From Eledone cirrhosa (lineage: Eukaryota): a stretch of DNA of 64,000 nt. A model generated the notes under the pieces. The model worked only from the letters and a program-made list of their open reading frames with translations, was not told where the DNA came from and did no database searches. This document shows positions 53,173 to 64,000 of this stretch, piece by piece. Made by a program: the position numbers and the translations under genes. Every line of letters begins with the position of its first letter. Position 1 is the stretch's first letter. The DNA is taken from NCBI GenBank assembly GCA_964016885.1, contig OZ024743.1:377580001-377644000 (forward strand). Direction: 5' to 3'.

Positions 53173-54365
53173 TCGTGTACAGATATTTTTGCATACACAA
53201 AAACAAAATATAAACAAATGTATTTATTTCACAAAAGCACAAAATGTAGACACCATCCTGAGGCCGAGGTATTCCGTACTTCTCTGTACTGTTTCAGAAA
53301 GGAGGGAAAAACATGCCAATCTATGTTTAGAATCCCGAGCAATGCCGTGCCATTCTGCTAGTAATATATAAATGTGTGTTGTGTGTATTAAAGATGTAAA
53401 TCCCAACAATTGGCCCAGCCATTAGGAATCTGCCTCTTCAATACCTGGTCTTCACACCATAGACACTACACACACACATATATTGCCATGTATATCTCAA
53501 TTTTTCCAATAGGGACACTTTATCTCTGCATTTCATGTGAGGCAACTATAAGGGTTGGCATCAGGTAGTACATCTGCTTGTAAAACTGTTCCCAAACAGC
53601 TCATTCAACCCATAACAGCATGAAACACTGGATGCAAAGCTATCATCATCATCACCGTTTTACGTCCGTTCTTCCATGCTAGCATGAGTTAGACGGGTTG
53701 TCCTGTTGTGGGCAGTGTCCGGTCGGCTGACCTTGTCTTGCTCATATATATATATATATATGTATGTATAGAGAACAAGGTACAGTAATCTGATGTGACT
53801 TGTCTCACAACTGGACAACCCGTCTAACCCAAGTGGAAAACGGACATTGAAAGGTGGTGATGGTGATGAGAGAGACACACACACAAATATACAGAAAATA
53901 TATTTTCCTTCTATATACATTCTTGAACAATAGTCTCATTGGTTGTATGAGCTGAATAAAGCTGTCTATATGCCTAATCAATGGTTTCACAACATTGGTG
54001 AGTAAGCAGGTGCTTGTGCACTCAACTTTTCAAAGTTAGTCAGCCGAGATGGTTTCAATTGTAGATTCTGGAAGAGCTGTGTTGCATATATTAATAGCAG
54101 AATGCAGTAGGTTGCTATTAGATGTGTTGATCTTGGCATCAGGCATTGAGTAGGTGTGTACAGGTGTGAATGAATTAATCCTTGTACACCAATGGCTTTT
54201 GTACTGCCCTGGCACTGTATCTTCAGTTTCTATGAATGTAGCTAGTGGTGTGCCTTTTCCAGTACTGCAGATTGTCAGGTGTGTGTATATATATATATAT
54301 ATATATACACATATCTATACATGCTAGCGTGGAAGATGGACGTTAAACGAAGATGATGATATATG

Positions 54366-54396
<31 letters not shown>

Positions 54397-54400
<4 letters not shown>

Positions 54401-57400
54401 GCACCCTAAAGGGTCGCGCTAACGAGGTTGTAGAAATGCTTGAACGTAAGGAGGTCGATGTTTGTTGTATTCAAGAGACCAGGTGGAGGGGTGGGTCTGC
54501 TAGATTCATTGAGGGTAAAAAACGATGTTATAAGCTTTTCTGGGTGGGAAACGACGATGGGCTGGGTGGAGTAGGAATCATGGTAGCAGAAAAGTGGGCA
54601 GATAAGATAATAGACGTAAATAGAGTGAACGACAGAATAATTAAAATACGACTTGTCCTCAATAGAACTAGGGTGACAGTAATATCTGCGTACGCACCCC
54701 AATCCGGACTGCCCGGCACTATAAAAGACAGATTCTATGAGACACTGATGCTAACTACCTCCCAAATATCCGACAGTGACTATATAATTATTGCAGGCGA
54801 CCTAAATGGTCACGTTGGACAACATTGTGACGGCTACGACGAAATCCATGGAGGCTATGGGTTTGGTACTAGAAATGAGGAAGGCTCCAGAATCCTGGAA
54901 TTCTGTGATGCAAATAACCTAACTATCTGTAACACTAACTTCAAAAAACGTGACAATCACCTGATCACCTATAGATCCGGGGAACACACAAGCCGGGTAG
55001 ATTATATCCTTACCAGAAGACGTGACAGAGTGTCTGTTGTAAACACTAAATCCCTCCCCCATGAAGAATGCACCTCCCAACATAGACTGATAATTAGCGA
55101 CCTCATAGTCAGGACGAGACGTACTCGACAGCAGAAGAGGACTATCCTCAGGAGAAAAATATGGAAGCTAAAGGACCCCACAGCCAGAAATAAATTTCAA
55201 AGCATATTACTTGATGCTTTCGACAGTAAGGAAGAACATTTACAGTCGGACAATATAGAGGGACAGTGGGAATTTCTGAAAGCAAACCTGCTGTTGGCGA
55301 CAGACGAAGTCTGTGGCTGGAGCAGGCCTGTAGGCAGGAGGAGAGTAACATGGTGGTGGAACAGTAAGGTGGAGGGGTCAATTAAGGCCAAAAAGCAGGC
55401 TTGGAAAGTATGGCGGGATTGGGGAAGTAGAGAAGACTATCAAGTGGCCAGGAGGGAAGCTAGGAGACAAGTGTACTTAGCAAGAAGGGAAGCAGAGGAA
55501 AGAAAGTTCAAGCATGTTCTACAACGCGATGACCAAAAACGTGAGGTGTTCAGGATTGCTAGGCAATGCGTCAAGGAAAACCGTGATATTGTCGGGGAGA
55601 AGTGTGTACTTAACGATGATGGCATACTTGCCATCACCGACGCTGATAAGAAGGTAGCTTGGAAGTGTCACTATAAAAGGCTACTAAATGAGGAGAATAA
55701 ATGGGAGAAAGACAGTCTCCCCCATATCGACCCAATAGAGGGACCAGCAGTGTTAGTCGAGGGGAGTATAATAAGTAAGGCAATCAAGGATATGAAGACG
55801 GGTAAGGCGGCTGGGCCTTCGGAAATAGTTGCTGAGATGCTGAAGGCATCTGGCACGGTGGGACACACCATGGTCACCCGCATAGTTAACCAAGTCGTAC
55901 AGAATGGGGTTGTTCCGAAGGACTGGCATAGCAGCATCATCGTTAACTGTTATAAGGGTAAAGGAGACGCCCTAGATAGGAGTAACTATAGAGGCATTAA
56001 ATTAATCGACCAGGTCATGAAGGTCACGGAAAAAGTAATAGCACAACTAATCAGAGAGAGAATTGACCTAGATGAAATGCAGTTCGGGTTTGTGTCAGGC
56101 AAAAGTACCACAGACGCTCTTTTCATTGTACGACAACTACAGGAGAAGTACCTAGCTAAAGGTAAACCCCTCTACTTAGCTTTTGTCGACTTGGAGAAAG
56201 CCTTCGACAGAGTCCCCCGCTCCATTATCTGGTGGGCTCTTAGAAAACTAGGCGTTGACGAATGGCTTGTGAGAGCTATACAAGCCATGTATAAAGAAAC
56301 AGTCAGCAAGGTTAGAATTAACAACGAATATAGTGAAGAGTTTAGCGTAAAAGTTGGCGTCCATCAGGGCTCTGTTCTCAGCCCCCTACTATTTATTATT
56401 GCCCTTCAGGCTATAACAGAGGAGTTCAAGACCGGCTGCCCATGCAAACTCCTATACGCAGATGACCTGACACTCATAGCGGAATCAATGGCCGAGCTAG
56501 AGAAGAAATTCCAAACATGGAAGCACGGCCTAGAATCAAAAGGACTTAAAATTAACCTGGCTAAGACTAAAGTTCTAGTTTGTAGGAAAGAAAATAAGGC
56601 GGCGGTCCCTTCTGGGAAATGGTCGTGCTCGGTGTGTAGGAAAGGCGTAGGTAGAAACTCCATTTTATGTCCTAAATGCAAAGTATGGGTGCATAAAAGA
56701 TGTAGTGGGATCACAGGTAAGCTAACTAAGAACATAGATTTTACATGTGGCCGGTGCTCTGGTGCAATAAGTAGCAGCAAGTGCCCACAAAATACTAGCT
56801 CTTTCAATTGCGCAGAGGGTTCTATAGAAATAGTGGACAGCTTCCGTTACCTGGGCGATAAAGTCAGCAGTGGGGGAGGGTGCTCTGAAAGTACAGTAGC
56901 TAGAGTCAGAACTGGTTGGAAAAAGTTCAGAGAGCTTATACCACTATTAGCTGCTAAAGGGTTCTCCCTAAAAATGAAAGGCAGGTTGTACGATGCCTGC
57001 ATACGAACAGCAATGTTGCATGGCAGTGAGACGTGGGCATTGTGTGCAGAGGATATACGCAGACTAGAGAGGAACGAAGCTTGCATGCTCCGCTGGATGT
57101 GTAACAGTAATATACGTGAACGGCAAAGCATAAACGAACTAAGGAAAAAATTAGAAATAAGAGGGATCAGATGTTGTTTACTCGAGAGAAGGCTACGTTG
57201 GTATGGACACGTGATGCGCATGAAAGTCGATAGCTGTATAACAAAGTGCAGGGCAATAAAGATAGACGGTAGCCACGGAATAGGCAGACCTAGAAAAACC
57301 TGGGACGAGCTGATAAACTCCGACCTCACACACTTACACCTCTCCAAGACAATGGCACTGGACCGAGACCTTTGGCGGTACTCAGTAACAGAGAAGACCC

Positions 57401-57411
57401 GCCTTACCTAA
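54397..57411 (+). CDS. RTE ORF: APE endonuclease + reverse transcriptase + PHD-type zinc finger
   Basis: CIQETRW, AYAPQ, AGDLNGHVG, VDYIL, TSQH (APE); NYRGIKL, QFGF, FVDLEKAFD, GVHQGSVLSP, YADD, FRYLG (RT); C4HC3 finger at 56626-56757. The ORF-track N-terminus MCIYIYI is flanking microsatellite, not a real start. Confidence 0.93.
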
Positions 57412-57800
57412 ATACATAGTAAAACCTACTACAGCCAGTAGGCATCTCTAACAAAATACCCCCCCCCCCCGTCCCACCACCACCACCACCCCACCCCATT
57501 CTATGTAAAGTTATGTTGGTGCCACACCATCCAGGCCGAAACAAATGAGATCGTGTAGGTGTCACGACAAAAAAACACAGTCCACGCTGTAATGTGGCCG
57601 TGTAGGCAACACGGTAAAAACCTCCCAGACCCACACTGTAAATGTGGTTGGTGTTAGGAAGGGCATCCAACTGTAGAAAACCTGCCAGACAGTCCTATGC
57701 GAGCAAGACAATCACTCTTGCCTCAAGTGGGACTACCCCCGTCCAAATCCATGCAAGCGTGGAACACGGACGTTAAACGTTGATGATGATGATGATGATG
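54397..57800 (+). mobile_element. Near full-length young RTE-clade LINE, 5'-truncated at the start of the endonuclease
   Basis: One long ORF, about 390-bp 3'UTR ending GGACGTTAAAC-(TGA)n; flanked by (TA)n on both sides. Confidence 0.95.
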
Positions 57801-58374
57801 ATATATATATATGTGTGTGTGTATTTGTGTATATATATATATATATGTGTGTATATATATATATGTGTGTGTGTATATATATATGTGTGTGTATATATAT
57901 TTATATTTGTGTATATATATATATATGTGTATATATATATAGAGAGAGAGATGACCCCTTAGCCTTTGTCAAGGCAGAATTCTAGGAGAAGGAAAACTGA
58001 TATAACACCTGCAACCCTGATGGTATCCAATGATGTTGACTTGTTCTTTTTGGTAACTATCATCTTGGTTAAGAGAGTGGGACTGGCTTTGTGCAGTGCC
58101 TTTGCTCACTATAAAAGCTTCACGGCACAGGCATTGCTTTATATCTGGAGATCTCTCTGCACTTGTCACATGGTACCATGGGCCCAGCACTATGTGTCAG
58201 TAATTGTCACAAGTGTAGTGTTTGTACTAGAGTTTTCAAGTTGCTGGCTGGACTAAAAAGTCACTCGTTCAGCGCATCGGTAGGAGTTCTACATGGATAT
58301 AAAGTAGTGGCCGTACTCGAAAACGAGTTGGCAGCCACCATATATATATATGTGTATATATATATATATTTGTG

Positions 58375-58405
<31 letters not shown>

Positions 58406-58576
58406 TGACCCAAGGCTATGGTAAAAACATTTGACCAAAATATAACACAGAGGGATTGAACCTATGACCATGATTTTGAAGAGAACTTTATCACTCAGCA
58501 ATTAACCCTTTTCTACAATACAAAACTGTTTTAAAATATATTTATCTAAAACACTCCCTCCCATCATAAATACATT

Positions 58577-59069
58577 CGTAAGTTTTATATTAAATAATTG
58601 TTTCTACTTTAGGCACAAGGCCAGCAATTACCGAGTGTATTACTGGTACTTTATTTTATCGACCCCGTAAGGATGAAAGGCAAAGTCAACCCTGGCGAGA
58701 TTTAAACTTAGATCATAACTATGCTGGAAAGCACGGCGTCCGACCCTCTACCGATACTGCTAATCCACTGCCATAATAATATTTGATTTGTTTGCAAGCA
58801 AACAGCCTCATTATGCTATGTTTTTTAGATGACAATCACCATCCTTTTGTTCTAATGGTCATCTAAAAATGAGGTTGTTTGCTTGCAAACGAATCAAATA
58901 GTATTATTATTCAATATAGTATTATTCAATATGCCGAGGTTAACTTTGCCTTTCATCCTTACGAGGTCGATAAAATAAAGTACCAGTAATGTACTGGGTA
59001 TTTGCTGGCCTTGTGCCAAAAGTAGAAACAATTATTCAATATAGTATTATTATTCAATATAAAACTCAC
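58577..59069. mobile_element. Foldback element with one SINE in each arm
   Basis: Termini GTAAGTTTTATATTAAATAAT / ATTATTCAATATAAAACTCAC; inner hairpin 58780-58900; SINEs at 58596-58772 (-) and 58933-59033 (+); AAATACATT repeated on both flanks. Confidence 0.75.
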
Positions 59070-59691
59070 AAATACATTTACGTATCCACTATGTTAGAGT
59101 AAAAAACCAAATTCTAACTTTACTTCCATCATAATTTTATGTAAAATTATTTGTTAAATTATGTTCCCAACACCAACATTACCATTTTATGTCCTTCCTT
59201 CCATGTTTACACATAAGAGAGATAGTTTTGAAAATAAATTGTTTGGAGAGATTTAGTGATATAACTATTTGAAAATCCATAGGCAGTGTCTCATTAGAGA
59301 TATATAGTAACGAAAGGGTTAATTATGTATCTTTAATAGATAATTAATCAATCAGTCAATTAATTCAACAAAGTGAAATATGTGCCATCTGCTAAATCAT
59401 CTGCCTTTTAGATGTTACTCGGTGCAACGTTAAATATGCAACAAAAAATATAAAATAATAATAATGGCGTTTTAATTTACACTAACTGTATTTTACTAAA
59501 TCAAATATTCAATATGCTCCCACCCACCACACCTATCATACCTCTACCTCACCACCCCCTCACAATGTTGATTTAGTTAAAGGTTGCTCACTGTTCAGTT
59601 ATATTGTAATTGTGTAACATACTGAAATAGGAATTAAATAAAAACTGGAAGAATTTGGAAAAGAGTTAACAGCGGCAGCCTTTACAACTTA

Positions 59692-60305
59692 GGTGGTGGT
59701 GGTGGTGGTGGTAGTGGTGGTGGTGGTAGTGGTGGTAGTGGTGGTAGTGGTGGTGGTGGTGGTGGTGGTGGTGGTGGTGGTAGTGGTGGTGGCGGTGGCG
59801 GTAGCGGTGGTGGTGGTGGTGGTAGTGGTGGTGGTGGTAGTGGTGGTGGTAGTGGTGGTGGTGGTAGTGGTGGTGGTGGTAGTGGTGGTAGTGGTGGTGG
59901 TGGTGGTGGTGGTGGTGGTGGTGGTGGTGGTAGTGGTGGTGGCGGTGGTGGTGGCGGTGGCGGTGGTAGTGGTGGTGGTGGTGGTGGCGGCGGTGGTAGT
60001 GGTGGTGGTGGTGGTAGTGGTGGTGGTGGTAGTGGTGGTGGTGGCGGCGGCGGTGGTGGTAATAGTAGTGAAGGTGGTAGAGGTGGTAATAGTAGTGAAG
60101 GTAGTAGTGGTAGTGGTGGTAATAGTAGTAGTGGTGGTAATAGTAGTAGTGGTGGTAATAGTAGTAGTGGTGGTAATAGTAGTAGAGGTGATAATAGTAG
60201 TGAAGGTAGTAGTGGTGGTAATAGTAGTGGAGGTAGTAGTGGTAGTGGTGGTAATAGTAGTAGGTGGTAGTAGTAGTGGTGGTGGTAGTAGAAATGGTAG
60301 TAGTA
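59692..60305. repeat. (GGT)n grading into (AGT)n trinucleotide array
   Basis: Direct reading; smaller similar tract at 42590-42740. Confidence 0.97.
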
Positions 60306-61344
60306 TAGTCCCTGTCAGCTCTCATTCAGAAGACCTATGATGAAAGACATTCCATCCATGGCCATCCCATCTTTTTCCTGTGTAGGGAACCCAGCAAAAA
60401 AAAAACAACAAAAAAAAAACAACCCAAATGTTTAAGGGAGGGGGGGGGGGCTGGGATTTGAAGGTGATTTAGTTGCTGTTTTTAGTAGATCAAGCAATCA
60501 ACTATGAAATAATTTTAGCAAATCCTTCAAAATTCTTCATTAATTAATTAGTTAATTAGAATAGTGCATTTCATTAGATATATTGTAGTGAAAGGTTTAA
60601 GTGTGTTACATATGTGAATGAGTGTGTCTGTGCTGACTAAACAGGGTTGTGTATGCAATGCACCAATTAGTAAATAATGATGTAATTCGATTCAAGCATT
60701 CAACGTTGTTTTCTTCCAAATATGATTTGTCAGTCAGTGACAAGGGAACAGACTTAGGCTATGAAAACATCATTTCTGTCCATTCCATTGTCTTTAGATT
60801 GTATTGCCTCATAGACGTAACCTTATTACATAAAGATGCTGTCTGATGGTATCGCTGACTGCACAATCACATAGCTACAATCGTCATTGAAATACGTATC
60901 ACAGCTTTGTTAATAAAAGACTCTTTAACATCTACACCGAAGTTCGCATTTTCCTTTATATATACATACACACACACGTGTATAAATTTATATAAATGTG
61001 TTTGTATGTGCAGATGTGATACACAATCCAATACACCTATCCACACACAAATTAAATATGCATTTCAGATTTCTTTTTAATTCCCCATCAATTTATTGTT
61101 AATTTTCATGTTATTCATAAACCAATCAAAGACACAATGATGACAAAATGGGAATCAAATAGACCTACTGGACTTAATCATACAACTGGTCTGTGGCCAT
61201 ACTGGAGCACTGGCTTCAAGAGTTTCATAGATCATATTGATCCCAATAATTATTTCAATCTTCTACTTATTTTATTGGTCTCTATTTGTTGAACTGTTAC
61301 AAGTCAACACACACACATCTCTTGCTTTATCTCATATATATAGC

Positions 61345-61672
61345 TAGGATAAAGAGCCCCTTCGGTCACAAATGACCATGGAATTTGCACCTAGAAAGTT
61401 CTCCTCTGAGGTACAAGTCCGGGCAAGATTGTTTGTGGAATACCAGCAGTCACCCCTGCATACCAGCAGTCTCCCCTCTCCTCGCCACTGATGTTGTCCA
61501 AGTGAAAGGAAATGGCCGATACAGCTTGGCACCAGTGACGTCACAACTAATTTCTACAGCTGAGTAAACTAGAGCAATGTGAAAATAAAGTCTTGTTCAC
61601 AGGCAAAACGTATCACCTGATCTGAGAATCGAACTCGCGTCACGCTTCCAAGCACAGCGCTCTAACCACTAT
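61345..61672 (-). mobile_element. tRNA-derived SINE of a second family
   Basis: Minus strand AGTGGTTAGAGCG..GAGTTCGATTCTC head, TTTATTTTCACATTGCTCTAGTTTACTCAGCTGTAGAAAT core; partial copy at 41760-41850. Confidence 0.7.
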
Positions 61673-62589
61673 CCAAAACTGGTGCACATACATGACAAAG
61701 ACAATGGAAAAACAGACAGTGCTTTTTCCTCAATCAACCTCTGGTAATCACTAGTTTCAGTACATCAAGGTTGATACTACTCATTCCAGTGCACATTGGG
61801 AAGCAACAAAACAAGTAGATACACTGCAAACGATGCCTTTTGGTGAATTACACACATACACACACAAAAACTCGATTTTCAAAATTTGACTCAATAATAT
61901 TTGTCAACTCTACAATAGAAGGCAGCTGAATGAATGTAAAACCATGTGGTTACCAAGCACCTTTCTGAACCGCATAACCATATCAGCACCTGATATTTCT
62001 GTAATGTATTCCATTCAAGTGTAGATGCCATGATTTCCAACTCCGTAGCATGTAGAGATCAGGGTTTAAAGATTAAAAGGAGAAAACTGAATTTGTGAAA
62101 TTTCTCTTTCTTCCCAGGTAATGCCGAAATTGCCCCCTTGTGAGTGTGTGTGTGTGTGTGTACACACACTTACACAAAATTTATTTTGAAAGTTTAATTG
62201 CTGTTACACATCTGTATAACCAAAAACAAGAGTACTGAAGAAAACAATGACAGAACTACAAAAAATAAAATCATCTATTAAAACTATGCAACAACTACTA
62301 CTACTACTACAGTTGCCAACCGAGCTAATAACTATAAATCATTCTTCACCCCCACATCTATTGTAAAATGTATTTCGAAGAACAGAGAAAGAAACAAACA
62401 ACTTCTACAAGGTTCATTATTAATGGTTCATCAGTGAAAAGGTCACTTTGAATGGATTAATGGCCTCCACAGAAATCACCAACCTTCATGATTTTACTGA
62501 AAATTTATACAAATATATATATATTTTTTCTCTCTTTTATTCCGGAATAAAATGTGTCTTGCTTCTGGGCCTCATTTCTTATTTTGTAC

Positions 62590-63060
62590 CAGGATCCCTA
62601 AATGAATCATTTTACGCTTGCTTTTTCATGCATACATGAGTTGGACAGGTCTTTTTCAGCACAGTATCCCTCTATTTGTTGCATTCCTGCATCATCTCTG
62701 AGCTTCAACAACCTTCGATCAGCTCACATCACATGTGTCCAACTCTTCTTTGTTCTTTCTCTACTACAGCTTCCTACCGCTGGGATTTCTTGCCACTTCT
62801 ACAATCCAGCGATCATCATACATACACATCACATGTCCATACTCTTCTCTCTTGCATACTACATATGATTCCTCTTATACCCAGTTATTCTCTCAGTTCA
62901 TCCATGCTTCATTGTTCATGCACATCATCAAAGCATGCTCGCTTCATTTCTCTCCAGCTGTCACATATCTTCTGCATTCATTTCCCATGTCTCACCACAA
63001 TGCAGCATCACACATGGGCATCAAACAGCTGGCCTTTCATTCGTAGAGAGATGCCAACAT
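62590..63060 (-). mobile_element. Old RTE 3' relic
   Basis: Antisense VMLHCGETW..LERNEASML..LGIRGI remnants followed by a tail-like motif. Confidence 0.65.
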
Positions 63061-64000
63061 GTTAAATAACGTTCCATCTGAACAGCTTTTAATCCAGCAG
63101 TATCTGACCAGAATTCTCTCCCTCTTTCTGTTCAAACCAGCTGTAACCAGTCACTCATACTGATGTTAAGGTATTGTTCTCAAAATAAATGATATCAAAA
63201 TCTCAGATTGAATATTATGTTAGATAATTATGTGAAGTAAAGCCTTTACCGTGAAAATATAATAGAAAATATAGACTTATGTAAATGCTAAAGGGTTAAT
63301 CTCAATCTTTAATTTTTATGTTAATCCAAACATTTCAAACCTTCAAACACCACGATGTTGTTTCTAACTAATATATCTATTACTTGTGCATCATACAATG
63401 GTGTTGATTATATTTATGGCTGTGTGGTTATGAACTTCACCTTTCAAACCCTGTAGATTCCGGTTCAAGCTCAATCCAGTACATAACACCTTGGGCAAGT
63501 TTACGAAAACTCTGGGCTGACCAATGTCTTGTGAGTGAATTTGGTAGAAGCTTGCTATATATACATATAATAACACACACACACACACATACTGTAAAGG
63601 TGTAGTGTTGGTGCTAGGATAAAAAGCACCCAATCCAACCTGTAAAGTGGTATGGCCTGATCAGTCCAAAGCTAAGACACTTGCCCATGATGCCGCACAG
63701 TGAGATGAACCAGAAACAATGTGGTTGTGAAGTAAACACCTTAACCACACAACCATGCTAACATAATGAAGAAATCAGGACAGCGAAGGACAGGACAAGG
63801 GTTAATCAGCAATCTTCATTTAAATTATTCATTCACCTTTGCTGCTGAGAAAGAACAAAGCATGAAGTTACTAATTTGATATTTATACATCAGTGAAGAG
63901 GAGGAAGGAGAGGGAATAAAGTGGAGGAGGAATTAGGAAGACGGGGGGGGGGGGGTATGAGGAGCTGGAGTGGAAGAAGAGAAATAGAAGTGAGGAGGAA

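Noticed and set aside
59666-60340. Poly-His and poly-Val ORFs
   Set aside because: Trinucleotide repeat; no splice or homology support.

Overview
AT-rich, microsatellite- and transposon-dense animal genomic DNA. The repeat landscape (tRNA-derived SINEs, RTE LINEs with (TGA)n tails, (TA)n/(CA)n tracts) looks like a coleoid cephalopod, probably an octopod; this is inference. The only host gene found is a minus-strand neurocalcin/hippocalcin-like neuronal calcium sensor (191 aa; coding exons 38783-38406 and 25393-25196; 13,012-bp intron; upstream non-coding exon not located). The rest is mostly mobile DNA: a near-complete young RTE LINE (ORF of about 1000 codons with a PHD finger inside the RT), RTE/CRE/Vingi-like relics, hAT, DD34D mariner and DD37D maT relics, a solo LTR, TTAA-type MITEs, palindromic foldback elements and minisatellites. 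The most notable item is absent from the ORF track. It is a 1.5-kb unit inside the neurocalcin intron, on the gene's sense strand, with a Penelope-type GIY-YIG endonuclease frame (no RT) bracketed by two different minimal hammerhead ribozymes that share an identical stem I. All identifications were made by eye; repeat boundaries are approximate unless stated.
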